NCBI GenBank assembly: GCA_047495785.1
Contig: JBLDXI010000054.1
Location: 186,001 to 250,000 of the forward strand
Source of the DNA: Lepidodermella squamata
Lineage: Eukaryota > Animalia > Gastrotricha
Length of the DNA: 64,000 nucleotides
Reading direction: 5' to 3'
Part shown: positions 12,743-26,043 of the stretch, piece by piece
How the letters are laid out: every line of letters starts with the position of its first letter
Numbering within the stretch: the stretch's first letter is position 1
Position numbers and translations under genes: made by a program
Notes under the pieces: model-generated
Seen by the model: the letters and a program-made list of their open reading frames with translations, nothing else
Told to the model about the DNA's origin: nothing
Databases searched by the model: none

Positions 12743-15415
12743 GAGCTGTCTATGAATCTCGCCCATCGATTCGCTTTTCACTTATTTAACAAGAATCCCT
12801 ATTATTCCAGCACTTAATCAGCACTTCACACTTTTATAGATCATACGGAAGGTTTCATAGTCTGCAATGTTAAATATGAATCAGCAGCACTCAACTTACA
12901 ATTTTCTGACGACGATATCAGAATTCGTACCCATTCCGACGAAGAACGGCGCATAGAATGACTGGAAGCTCATTAGCGAATGCAGAGCGTAAAATAAACC
13001 GCGCATATCGACATCGGCGATGCAATTTGTCGCTGGTAAAGGATCACTACCGTTCAGAGGAATAATGGAAATCTGATTTACAAGCAAAATTCCAGGTAAA
13101 TTGTTCTTTTATCAACGCGAAATAACCTACATTATACGTGCGATAATTACGCTGCGTTTGGAACACGATTCGATACGTTGAGCTGCCTGAATTTGTTAGA
13201 ACGTTATTGTTACCACAGCTTGACTGCGATTCAGCAGAGTCTGTAACACCCGCGTTCATTGGCGGTCGATAGGCGATCTTCCCAGGTGAAAGCGCCAACT
13301 CGTTGAAACTTGCATAGACCTTACCACCGACTTCGAGCTTGTGCCAAATTGCCCCGCTAGCACCAAATCTGCTGAAGGAATCGTAAATCCCAGCTGAGTT
13401 ATTCGATGCTAAAAAAAAGTTCAAAATTAGATGTTTATTCAAGTCATAAGAAGCTCAACAACTCACATGGTATCATGTCAGATAGTCGTCCGATTCCGAA
13501 GCCGAACCAAGCGTCTGAGTTGCTGGTTTTATAGGTAACCGAAAGCTCAACTTCGATTCGAAACGGAGAAACTAGGCCATGTTTATCTGTTATCAACTGC
13601 GAACGCTTTGATTAGTTCAGTTTGTGAAACTTGGGAAAACTCACTGTCCACGAAACCCAGCCGAAGGTTTTGTTCGCATTTGCCTGCGAGGAGATGAGCT
13701 GGATGCCGTTTTGGACGAATTCAGCCGAGTAGGAGAGATTCAGGCTGGAGTTTCCATTTGCATTCGCATCTGTTCGGTCGAAAGACAGGTCAGCTACATA
13801 TCGCGGAGTTCCTGCCAGTGATTCTTGAAGTGGAACAGAGGCTGTGTCTGGTACAGGGTCTATTCCTGATTCAACCCCACCCAATCCTAATTTTGACACA
13901 TATTTGATTACTGATTAGTACCATCCGAAACTTGTACCTGCAGACAGAATTATAATGATGAAAACTAAATATGAGTTATATCGAAGCATCATCAGGCAAA
14001 TTCCACGAAAATTTGACGTGAAATGTTTCATTCGCTTTATTTTGTTCGTGTTTTCTCCCAGCTGCGGCGCGTAGGCAGAAAGTGTTGTCGTTTTCAGATC
14101 AACCTCTTAGTAAGTGAGGCTCGGAAGCGTGCTCTATGGCTTGAATTGCTCCTCTGAACTCAATTGAAAGAGGTTTGAAAAATTAATTCATAAAGGCTAA
14201 TTGACCGTCGGCTTCGACAGACAATTTTCGACAATTTTGACAATTTTAAAGGATTGACACAACGCAGACAACAGGCAAGAGACTACATTCTCTTGTTCCC
14301 AGCTGTATAGCAGTGTCATAGACGTGCAATTTGTCATCTAAACAATTTCCTGCTGCGCCATGTTTTGAATTATTTATTATGACCGCCGAGCAGCGCATTA
14401 GTTCGTCAGCAGAAGCTAGCATAACAGGCGCCTATCTGATGCATTTTGATTCGATTGTCCAGGCTCATCCGTTAAAACATTGATCACACATTAATTATGA
14501 ACGATTGCTGAAAAGTGACGATTCATGATTTGTGCAAAACACCAAGTACGTGTCGATTTTCCTTGAAAAAAACTGAGGTTTCAACGTCTGTTCCCCTATA
14601 GAAAACCTTGGTTCCGCCGGTATCAAAAATTTAATGGTTTTCCCTTTCAGAGTTTAATAATCGAACCTGTTCCGGGGATCATTCTTCCCCCCATCGGTCA
14701 TGAAACATTGTAAATGTGTGATTTGCTGGGATAATTATGCTATCGTGCTCACTAAATTCATTTACAACGAAACAGAGATTCCTCCGAGCTCCGAGAATGC
14801 CACGCCTTACTCTTTTTGCGTCCAAATGACTCGAGACTCGAGCTAAGAGGTACCGAGTCCTCAGTTGATTGAGAGATCATTGAGCGGCGTTTAAGCTAGT
14901 TTGGTCACTTTCTCGCCTCAGGCGAACATACGAGATCACGCTTTGTTTTATTTGTATGAGTCATACGACTGCCGTTACCGAGAATTATATCGTAATATCT
15001 GCAACGCTCAACTACTTTTCTCTTTGAATATTATGATCCAACGAAAATTACGAAAATCTGTTTTATTTGTCCTTAGTTGACATACAAATTAAATTTCACA
15101 GCTGAAATAACACCATATTTTCATGGTTACTCCTGAAAATTATATTAAATTACAGTTTGCAGTAAAGCACCATTTTCATATGCTCGGGGATAAAGTATAG
15201 ATCGTAAGCAGTGAACAGACGAGATCGATACTCAGTGCCGAGCTAGATTTATTCTATGCATAGTTGCGTGCAAGACCTGCAGGAAATTGAAAAAATTAAC
15301 GCCCAATCAGCAAATATTATCAATTTTTTGGTTCCCCATATCCATCAGCAAATACAGTAGCAAATGCTCGAGCAGATGGATTGCCTAGCATAGCATTTTA
15401 TCTCATTCTTGTGTC

Positions 15416-16573
15416 ATGATGAAGCAGCTCCACGTAGCCTTTAAGCTATGCTTTATTTTCAGTATTCACGACCTTAATGCACAAAGTTTGTCCTCCAATG
15501 CGACGTATAAGGCCGCTGAAATACTGACTGCGAATTGCAACATTGGACCAACAGCTAATTCGCCGACTGAATACGACGACCAGCCAACAACTTTACGTCT
15601 TGTCCTTCAGGTAGACAGGTTTTACGGCGTTAACGACGTGGAGGAATCAATCGCATTCAAAGGCGTTCTTCAGATGATATGGATGGTTCCCTGTGTTGCG
15701 AACTACGTAAACAACCCAGCTAATCAATGGCCGGCCAAATTGAAGAAGCTGCTAAATGAACCGCCGGATCTGTATTGGATACCCTCTGTTGGACTAAGAA
15801 ACGCTATCAACCAAATGAATCTCGATAAAGCTGACGAAGTGGCTGAAGTGTTAACTATCTATCCGTTTGATGGGAAATTTATCGGTGGTTACACTGGGAG
15901 GTGGATTTATTCGTGTGATCTCGATCTTACTATGTTCCCATTCGACACCCAAACATGTACTGCTGTCATTCTCCAGCGAACAACGACCGATTTTATCGTC
16001 ATTCAATCAGCGGATTTCGTGCGAATCAGCAGTGAAATAATGGCTAGAAACTCTAACTGGAGGATGATTTCTAATTCGACTGCGATTGACGAATTCGCGG
16101 TAGCAAATTTGGGCCCTCTAAGGGAAGCAAGTTTTACGATGGTTTTGAAGCGGAAAGCCGACTACTACCTGCTGAACATGTTCGCGCCAAGTTTCGTCCT
16201 ATCTACCTTGGAAATCGCAGCTTTTGGAATCCCGGCAACTGAGCCTGATCGAGCTTCATTCGCCTGTTCAGTTATGCTGTCGATTTTCGTGCTTCAGGGC
16301 CTGTTTTCTGGGGCTGTCCCACAGTCACCCAGGCCTATTGTCACTTCTTACTACGTTCTCGGAGTAATCATGTTCGCTATGGGATGCTCGACCTACGCAG
16401 CTATCATGTGTGGCTACTGCATTATGTTCGAAAAACGGGCAAACAGAATTGTAAAATTTTGTGGCTTTGAATTGCGCGCCTTTGTTGTTATCGACATCAT
16501 TGCTTTCATCATTTTCTTTTCGTCGTACATTCTGTTCAATGTTGTTGTTACTTTCTACCTTGCTTTCGCTTAA
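15416..16573 (+). CDS. Intronless Cys-loop pLGIC subunit with very short M3-M4 loop (385 aa)
   Basis: Signal peptide, WIPS loop A, CDLDLTMFPFDTQTC Cys-loop, four TM helices, M2 start PDRASF. No vicinal cysteines. Confidence 0.92.
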   Translation: MMKQLHVAFKLCFIFSIHDLNAQSLSSNATYKAAEILTANCNIGPTANSPTEYDDQPTTLRLVLQVDRFYGVNDVEESIAFKGVLQMIWMVPCVANYVNNPANQWPAKLKKLLNEPPDLYWIPSVGLRNAINQMNLDKADEVAEVLTIYPFDGKFIGGYTGRWIYSCDLDLTMFPFDTQTCTAVILQRTTTDFIVIQSADFVRISSEIMARNSNWRMISNSTAIDEFAVANLGPLREASFTMVLKRKADYYLLNMFAPSFVLSTLEIAAFGIPATEPDRASFACSVMLSIFVLQGLFSGAVPQSPRPIVTSYYVLGVIMFAMGCSTYAAIMCGYCIMFEKRANRIVKFCGFELRAFVVIDIIAFIIFFSSYILFNVVVTFYLAFA

Positions 16574-16758
16574 GACGGTAATTTGAAATCGGCTAATCTG
16601 CTTCTAGTCTACATTTCTATTTCATCGTGGCTCAACGGTTAATAAAAAAATATCATAGTTTGCCATTTTCCTCAATATGTACAGCAATAATTCAAACAAT
16701 TGTTATCGGTACCTGAATTGCTTTTAGAATTAGAATTGTTGCTTTATTTATCGCGAAA

Positions 16759-17747
16759 TCAAAGTTGATCATGTGGCGATGCAAAATCAAAGCAAAATAG
16801 AAGATTCAGTGAACGTTTTTTATCACTCTCGGGTTTGCCAGTAGAAACCAGTAGAAACCATCTTCGAATCGCCTTGAAACTTCTGGAATATTTGGCTGCG
16901 ATTTCCCTCATGCGGCTCGTAGGCACTGTCATGCTGCTGCCACTGTTCCGAAATTCCTTCAAAGTGAACATCGCCAATGAAAAGTGAAAAGCGTTCAGTC
17001 ATTTCAGTTACAAACCTTCTCCAAGCATTCAACTATCTGCTTGTTGTTTATTATCCATTGCCTTCGCTCCCTATCATCCGCCCGCAATCTCAAAAATTGA
17101 TTGCGCAATGAATTCACGGAGATTCCAAATCTGTTAGCCAACTGCACGGCTCTCCCCTGGTAAAGTTGGGGTGATGTGCGCGCTTCCTAGAAATCTCAAA
17201 TAAAATCCAAGAGGAACAAAATGATGGATCTGTTACCTTGGCTAAAGACTGCAGCTGATTTGAAGTTAGTCTGACATACTTTCTTCGCATTGTTGCCAGT
17301 TTGTTTTCTCGAAACCAATCTCTAACGCGTTTAACAGTGATACCAAGCCGTTCCGAAATATCTTCAGATCTTTTACGAGGTAGACAGCAGTTTGACGCCA
17401 ACTCCTATGTGAATATTTGAAAGTTAGTAAAACGAAGTTGTAGTAAATCACTGTGCCTTTTCCAAAATATCCACTTGAGATCGGGTAAGTGCCGGTCCAG
17501 GAGTTGAACGGAAACGAGCTCCTGTTTCAGCCTTGAACTTTTGAAGAAACCACCTTCTCACGTAGCCGCAGGTTTTTCCAATTTTTCCGGCCACCTCCAA
17601 TAATCTTGGGTCGTCGCGTCTGAATGGCGGATATGGGTTTTTCTTATATGCTTCTTCGAGGACGGCAATTTTATCAAGCAAGGCTTGCTTAGCCCTAGTA
17701 ACCCGGCTGATTCCCCGTTTTGTTTGCGCGCGGCTTAACCGGCTCAT
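16759..17747 (-). CDS. Multi-homeodomain gene H1 (4 divergent homeodomains, 4 exons)
   Basis: LEEAYKKNPYP...VRRWF; ILEK|ELASN...VRDWFREN; SLAK|EARTSP...; CLEK|EFRNS...IRRWF. All introns are phase 0; the first has a GC donor. Confidence 0.75.
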
Positions 17748-18307
17748 GATATGTGTTTCTGTGATCTGAATGAGCACCTAACGTTCTAAAGTCGGCTTAG
17801 TGATAAGATGACTATTTACCAATTAATTAGAAAAATTATGTGTAGAAAATATGCAATGAAAAGAATTTAATCAACACGATCGTTGCCTTGTTATCTGTTC
17901 CCGTTTTTGACAGCTTCGACAAAACAGCCCAAATACAATACAAAATTATCAGCATCGACAAAATTGTCCACATACCAATTTCTTCGAACTTCGAATGATA
18001 AAGGATTTGGCGTATTATGGGGTGGGCGCCTATTGCTTAAAACGGGAATGCGAATTCTCACTGTGGGAATGTGTGCAAATCAACGTGCGCGGTACATGAA
18101 GCACGCTCGAAACATCGGATCTTCAAATCGGAATCCACCTAATTTCCGATAATAGGATACTATTTGAGATGTTTTGTACTGAATATATCTAGCGTCGATG
18201 GGTAACTACCACTATCGCTGTGACATTAGACATTACGCTTGTTTGATTGTTTTCTCCATGTTGTTGCTTCATCTGCTACGTTATTTTTCCATCTTCCCTC
18301 ATTGTAG

Positions 18308-20262
18308 ATGGAAAGCTCCAGTAACTTTGACTTCACTTTAAAAGTGATAGATCAAGATTCGAAAGCACCCAGCGCTGTTTATAGGAACCACCCCGGAAGT
18401 TTCACCTTTGAAGAAGTAGAAGCGCTGAGGAATGTAAGTTAAGTTTCGCCATTCATTGTACTTTCCAATTACTTGTCGTTCAAGGCGTTCCAGAAAAGTG
18501 CAAGACCGAGTCGGGATGTTATTAAAGAATTAGCCCAGCGATTTTCGAGATCAGAAAAATCATTCGCGGGTTGGTTCAGCAGAGAAAGAGGAAGGCATGG
18601 CATCAAGCTCAAAGTCCCAATTACTGAATCGAAGCGAGCTATTTTGGACCAGGTTGAAGTTCCAGAAAAGACGCAAGTTGTAATCCTTTTGCTATTCCTA
18701 GGCATTCGAGAAACCACTTGACGAAAGAACAATACAGTCCTTGTCTATGGAAACCGGCCTTTGCCCCTCAACAATACGATTTCAGTTTCTGAAGAATAAG
18801 AAAATTGCCAGAGGAAATATTGGACCACTAACTCACTCTTTTCTGCCTGGAGTTGAACGAACTGAGGAAGGCAAGTCAATGTAAAATAAAGTTTTCAATC
18901 TAAAGAAGACATTTCGCATGTCAGGCTTTCATCGATAACAACTATCCCTCAAAAGAAACTCGAAAGGAATTGAGCGATAGGTTCAAAAGGTCACGACTCG
19001 TGGTTCGTCAACGAGAGGCTTTGGCTTAAAAGAAACAGCCTGAGGAACCAGTTCGAACTCTCAGCCGATCAGGGAAACTTTCTGAAAACGGTGAATATGA
19101 CAATTTGTTTCATACTTTGAAACGTTTGATTTTGAAGGAGCTGTTGAAGAACCCAGCTTTGCCCCAAATGAGGATTGATGTTTTGACGGCTGAAAGTGGC
19201 ATTCCTCAACAGGCTATCAGGAATTATTTCCGTCTTCACAGACCCAGGAGGGATCCGATGAAGTATGATTCGTTGAAAGGAAAAATATCCTGTCTGCCAT
19301 TGCAAGTCATGCACCTTCGCCCTCCAATGCCTTCCCCAGAAAAGTTGGTCATTCTCGAAGAGCTATATGCTAAAAACCCAAATTTAAGTTTGAAGAAGAA
19401 CGACCCGAAAACGCTTGAAATCATGCGAAAGATCGGCTACTCGAGGGAGTACCTGCTCAGGTGGTTTCATTTCCGGTTCAGGTCAGAAACAGGAGCTAAG
19501 AGGAGGCCGAACTTAGAACGGGGTCTTACCGCTTCTCAAACAGAAGCTTTGCAAAAGGTTTGAATCATCAATCCCTTTCAACATGAATTTTACTTACGTT
19601 CTCGCAGGAATTGGCTTGCGATATCAGCCTCAAGAAAGAAAGAGCAGAAGATATAGCTCAGCGTTTGGGTCTCACAGTTTGTCGAGTTCGGCATTGGTTT
19701 GACGACAATCGGCCTCATCGAATTCGAGCCCGTCGGGTAAAACTAACTGAATATCAGAAAAATGCAATAGCAGAGGTAAGAACCTTTGATGGTTAATTTT
19801 TAATTATCTTACATTTGAACATATGAAGGAGGCACGGAAATTCACTCTATTGACCAAGGCCAAACGTCAAGAATTGAAGGAAAAGTTGGGCTTATCAGAC
19901 AATGTGATCCAACACAATTTCTCCAAGCTTCGGCCTAAAGAAGTGAAAATAGCTATGGCTAGTAGGATCGACGGGGAACTATTGGATCTTCTGAGAGAGG
20001 TAATAAATTCGAGTTTGAATTTCTCTACGTTTAAGCGTATTTACAGGAATTCCGAAATTCCGGGCCAGACATGAAAATTCCGATGAGCCGGTGCCATGAA
20101 ATTGCTGAAAAGTATGCCATGAAGGCGTCTACGATAAGAGCCTGGTTCAAAAGAGCCCGAAAGCAAATATTGGTGAAGCAAGAAACGACGAACTCGGCGC
20201 CAGCTCGTGAAGAAACTATCCCAGATGGCAAAATGGAGTTCGAATGGCACATCAATCTATAG
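18308..20262 (+). pseudogene. Multi-homeodomain gene H2 (8-homeodomain type) with two frameshifts
   Basis: Colinear with H4/H5. A ~2-nt deletion near 18830-18847 and an ~11-nt deletion near 18995-19000, relative to H5, break the frame. Confidence 0.7.
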
Positions 20263-20517
20263 ACAATGAGAGGGTGCATCACTCTCAGATTCACAAAAGA
20301 TGATAAATAAAGTTAGCTTGAGTCTTTTATTAGTTTTGGAACTTTTTGAGTTAGATTGTTGAAAAACGCATCGTGAACTGCTGTAGTTGAAATTAAACGC
20401 CAACCCGATGCATTTAATTGCTTTATTAAAACTCAAATGAAATATGAGAATGTTAAGATCGAAACGTGGTTTTTAACTTTCAACAAAACTGACTGGCTTT
20501 TTTGGTGACCTTCAGCA

Positions 20518-23500
20518 TCATAATACAGTGGACAATACGAAGTAAAGATTGACAGCCGCAGCAGCTTGAAATGCGACTAGAAAGGCAAATAGGTCAAATA
20601 TTCGAATTATTGTCATTGAGATGAGGTTCCATAATTTAAGAATTCTCAAATATTTTAGCTCTTGCCTTGCCATCAACGCCGTAGCAACTATCTGATACAG
20701 AGCGACTGCACTTATTGTTGCAGTGAGGTACAGCATGTAATTTGCGTAAATAACTTGCTGATTTGTATCTGGAACGCTTTGCAACACATCGGACTGAGCC
20801 ACAACCAGGGCTAGCATGACTGTGCTGCAGATGGCTGGTCTATCTGGCACAGCTGGATCCATTAGAAAGGTTCCGAAGCCGAGAACGACTAGGATATAAC
20901 ATGGCACCATCGAATTTACGATATAACTCCCAGGATCTCGTCTAAATACAAGTTTCAACTTCGCATAAGACACCGTTGAAGAAACTCGAGTTGCTGACAC
21001 AGCGGATCCTTTCAGTCGATGATATGACTCAAGGCCCCAAACCCCACTAGAAAGATCCTCCGGCATTCTGATGTAGAGCCCTCCGAATGAAATGAAATTA
21101 TTCGGTTCGTCCAGAATTAGCGAAATTTCACAGTGCTGCCGGTCAAACGGAAATTTCTCTACTTCGATATTACAGCCAGCCGTGAAAATCCCAACCCTCG
21201 TCCAGTGAAAGAACAAAGTTCGATTAGGCGAGGTTGGATAATAGGCTATGTCCATTTTTTCACCACATTCCGGGGTTGCGATATAGAAATCCGGGGTTTT
21301 GTTGGCAAAAATAACCGACGGACGCCAGATATCCGCCCTTCGTGTTGAAACTAATCGCTCCTTCTCGTCAGCCTCCGGTGCTGTGTAGGTATCTTCGCAG
21401 GCTGCGACCTTCCATTGAAGAAGAACAGACCCCCAAAATGAGACTTGCAGCTCCCTTGGCTCGATCGAAACAACTCTTTCGATAGTTAGCGATGCGTAGA
21501 CTATCGTTCCAGGGCTTGGCGAACGTTCTTTAATGCTGAGATAAGGACAGGGCATGAGATCTTCAACTTCGACACTCGGGTGGTGCTTTCCATCGAAAAG
21601 TTGAGGAATAGGAAAGCCTGAGTAAGGATCGGGAATTTTCATCGATTCATCGTCTTCCGAAAACTTTTGCCATCCTGTGCTTAATGACATGGATAGGGTC
21701 GATTCAGTGGTTTGGGGAATTGTCGGGCGTTCTGTCGTCGATGTGTCCACGTTTAGGGTGGATGGTCGTAGTTTCTTGACTAGTTGTTTGGGTTGTGACT
21801 GATGATGTTTCAGATTGCGTAGTTGTTTTAGTTTCAGTTGTTGTTGATGAAACTCGAGTCAGTCGCTGGCTCACTCCAGGATTCAAAAGCCACAAATATC
21901 TGAAAATCAAATGTTTAAACCAGTCTAATCACAGTACATGTACAAATTTACGTGTTTCGAACGTAGATGTTCGCATTGTTCCCTTTCAAACCCGTCAAAT
22001 AAAATGTTATTGGCCCAGTTTGAGTTGTAAAGTTCGAGAAGCAAACTTCAGCCGGCGTATAGCCGAGAGCCGGGAGTGGGGACATAGCCAGCTAGACAAC
22101 GAGAAATCAGTTTTATCTAACATTTTCTAGTTTGAAATTTACAGTGAGGGAGTCGTTCGAACTTTGAATTATGAGCCGATACTTGGCATTTCCTGAGGCG
22201 TTGAACAGGTCTGGAATTCCGCATGCTGGTGCCGTCTTGAACGTGTAGTTCAGTGGAGCGGCAGTTAAATTTGAAACCGTGCCTGGCTGGTAGGTTGCGT
22301 AGAACTCACCAGCTCCAACAGCTATGCGTTGGAATAACATCACGCCCCCGTACCTCTTCACAGCGTTATGAACAGGGCTACCAGCCGTAGCTCCTTGAGG
22401 CAACAAATGTTGAAAAAATGGCTGAAATTGGGGTGAGAAACTACCTGTGGTCGGAGCCATGTTAACTGGAGCGACATTAATGCCAAACCAAGCTTCAGAG
22501 CCGTTTGTTAGATATGTCACGTCGATGTCCATTTCCACTCGCCATAAATAATTCGCTAAAGTTGGTCCAATATCCTAAGCCAGAGTTTCAAATTTAATAG
22601 ACAAATTTTCGAGAATGAATCTTACACCAAGAGTTTGCATCCTCCCTCCGTTGATCGTGTTTGAGCTAGTGGCTACGTAGCCAACGGAATCCACAATACT
22701 GGATTGCGGAATCAGCCAACTAGGGGCCGATACGCTCTTGTCGTACGCATCGAAGCTGATACTGTTGAAAAAGTTAGGATCCCCTCCCCATCCTACCGGC
22801 AGGGTTAGAGAGTAGAGGTCAGGACCAGGGATGATTGTACCGACAAGGTTCCAATAGTAACTGAAAAATTGAAATAATTGATGGATTTTCATGGACCGCC
22901 AAGGTGGTCTTACAATTTCTTGACAAGAACTTCTCCATCCAGCCCCGAGGAGGCAAGGAAGAACGGACTTATGATTCCGTCGTTCATGAGATAGAAGAAG
23001 AGCCCATTAACGCCAGATACCGGGATGTTGGTGAGGCAAGTAACAGGCTGGAGTGAGGCAGAGCCACTCATTGGTACAATTGAAACCTGTCAAAAAAAAA
23101 TCAAACCATTTGTTTTATTTCAATAATTCTGAACTCACGTTGATCTTCTCGAAAAGAGCTTGGATAACCATTCGATAACTCATGCTACCAGAGCTATTCA
23201 AAATCAATCCACTCCCGCAACCAGGACTTGAAACGCTCAGAGATGAAGCATTGAACGGCATTGCGACTGTTAGATTTGTTTGAAGCGTTGGCCCGTACTT
23301 GGGCGAGTCCTCATAGCCCGCGTACAATCTTCCGCCAACTTCAAGCTTTTGCCATATGAAAAACCCAGGACCATAGTTGGCAAAGGCATCAAACCCAGAG
23401 GAAGCGTTGTTCGACTTGCCTGAAAAGAAAACATGAGTATAATAGGTTTTCAGACGATTTCAAAAACTTGCCTGGCTGGAAATAGGCCCGTTGCCCTATC

Positions 23501-23989
23501 CCGAATCCGAACCAAGCATTTGAAGCTGAAGTTTTGTAGTTAACGTCAACTTCGAATTCTATTCGAAATGGCGTGACAATTCCCATGTTCGAGACGATTT
23601 TCTGAATAAATTGAATGGTCTCAAAAGCTGATGTTTAGAAAGCTAAATGTTAGCTTACACTGCCATCCAACATGCCAAAAGTTTGGTTGGTAGACACTAG
23701 CATTGAGTTCAGTTGGTAACCATTTGATCCGAGTTTTGTGGCGTGAAGCATTGTTGGGGTCGAGTTGCCGCTGATTGAAGCATTATCGCGGTCGAAAGAC
23801 AGCCCAGCAATGTATCTTGGCGTTCCTGAAAAGAGTTGAGGAAGGGGCACTGAAGCCGTATCTGGAACATGATTTACGAGGCCGTTACAACGCCCTGGAA
23901 TATCCAGATATGAATTTTCAAATAATTTCATTAAAATTGATACCTGCGTAAAAGGCGGTTGCAAGTGCTATCAACACTTTGTATAACAT
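20518..23989 (-). CDS. Fusion gene C (divergent paralog of A/B); frame break in the stalk
   Basis: Signal peptide MLYKVLIALATAFYAG|RCNG, the same exon phases and both repeat domains, and pLGIC with CNIEVEKFPFDRQHC. The stalk ORF (21704-21910) and channel ORF (20518-21750) are in different frames. Confidence 0.75.
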
Positions 23990-24916
23990 TGTTGCGATAA
24001 TTGTTTCAAATCATAGCATTAGCTAGGCTTTATAATGTGGAAGGTCCTCAATGCAGACAGCGAGGGCTGTGTCGTGTTTTCTGTTTGCATTGAGTCAATT
24101 TCTAAATAATTAATGGCGATTCTAGTAGTCTTTTGCGTTTAGCATCTGTGTCATTCCAGCTGAGTACACTCTCTCTAACATGAAGTCCTCTTTGAAAATA
24201 CTCCCCCATCAATGTTTATGCGTCTCCGGACGGAAATTCAACACATTCCAGGGGGCATTGTCACTATTCAAGCTCAAATATGTCTGCAGTTGAAAATCGG
24301 CGTGAACTTTTCACTTCTGTCATGGGCATCTAAATTAAGTTGGAGACCAATCGATTTAGCGAAAATTTTCCCATTAGCTTGAAAATTTTCCCATTAGCTA
24401 GCTCTTTAACCGACAAGCTTGCTATTGTACTGAGCAATGACAAATAATCTGGCACTATTGGAACACTATTCTGGCTTGACAGGTGGCACTCTAGCTAAAA
24501 TGGAGCTTCGGGAGTTGCGGGAGACTCTCTATCTTCCTTTTAGAACAACATAATTTCACACTTTGCGGCCAGATCAGCGTGCAGGATGCTTGCAGCACGC
24601 ACGGCGCACTCTATTTCAATGATCGTTTATTTCAAAATTGGTGGAAAGATTTTATTTGCATTAAACACTTCAATCTTCCCGATATACTACTTTCCTGCCC
24701 GATACTTTCCTCCAAACAGGGCAAAAACCGATTCGAAGGATTGCGAGCATTTGGACACTTGTTCGAAGTGCGAAGCTGTCTATAAAACAGAAACAAATCA
24801 CAAGGCCAGGTTAATGCTGATTAGTTTCTTAGTCATTTGTATTTTTGTTGACATGTTTTATTTTAGATTGTTAGATTTCTTTTGTTTCGGATAACTGAAT
24901 AGGAAATTCAGCTATC

Positions 24917-25832
24917 ATGAGGAGATCGAATTACGGGCAAGCAAACCGGAGAATAAACAAGGTACCTACGACCAAGCCCGCTTTGCTTGAGGAGATCGTC
25001 GTCCTCGAAGACGAATATAAGAAAAACCCATATCCGCCATATCGACGCAACGACCCGAGAATATCGGAGGTGACCAAGAAAATTGGAAAGAGCTGCAGGT
25101 TTCTTCGAAGGTTCAGAGCTGAAACAGGAGCTCGTCGCCGTTCAACTCATGGACCGGCCCTGTCCCAATCTCAAATAGAAATTTTAAAGAAGGCATCTTA
25201 GCTTACAAATTTAATTCACCAATTGTCTAATTTTCGCGTATACAGGAGTTGGCGTCAAACACCTGCCTGCCTCGTAAAAGAGCGGAAGACATTTCTGAAC
25301 GACTTGGTATCACCGTTTTCCGCGTTAAAAATTGGTTTAAAAAAAACAAACCTGAATCCATGCGAAAAAAGTATGTCAAACTAACTTCAAAACAGCTGCA
25401 ATCTATAGCCAAGGTAACAAATCCTATATTTTTTTATTGTTTTAGATGTTACTGATTTCTAGGAAGCGCGTAAATCACCCCAACTTGACCAGGAGAGGGC
25501 CTTGCAATTGGCCAACCGAATAGGAATATCTACGGATGCATTGCGTCATTATTTTTCGAGATTTCGGCGGGACATTGATGACCCAAGAAAATGGGTGAAA
25601 AGCGACTGGCAGTTAGTTGAATGCTTGGAGAAGGTATGTATAACCGAAATGAAAAATCGAAACTCTCAATCTTGATTGGCGATGTTTTTTGAAGGAATTT
25701 CGGAACTGTGGCAGTAGCATGTCTGTGCCAACGAGCCGCATAAGGGATATTGCAGCCGAATATTCCAGAAGTTTCAAGACGATTGAAAGATGGTTTCAAC
25801 GCGCTAAAGTAGCGGCGAAGGCAGAAGCATGA
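24917..25832 (+). CDS. Multi-homeodomain gene H3 (paralog of H1, 4 exons)
   Basis: Open after splicing; first intron has a GC donor. A 15-nt in-frame deletion removes the Trp of the first homeodomain helix 3. Confidence 0.72.
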
Positions 25833-26043
25833 AACTTGACTCATCCGTGTTGCTTTTTGATTGACTACAAAACGATTAAAGGTTTTTCACGGAAGTATCG
25901 CCACATGGTTGATTTTGAATTCACGATAAATAAAGCAACTTAATTTCTGTATAATTCATGTTCCCATCAAAATGATTTGCCCTGAAATAACCCAACGTTT
26001 TATTCTATAGATTTTATGCTTCCGGCTATTACTCATAAAATAA

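Larger units (their letters stand above)
7533..13992 (-). pseudogene. Fusion gene B (paralog of A); exon 8 interrupted by a 1.28 kb TIR element
   Basis: Same exon series as A. The last exon is an intact 440-aa stalk+pLGIC ORF. The coding sequence ...GNAKYRL|IIQKVNYTVT is split by the insertion at 9125-10401. Confidence 0.8.

Noticed and set aside
24357-24400. 20-bp direct duplication gaaaattttcccattagct
   Set aside because: Only two copies; ordinary slippage.
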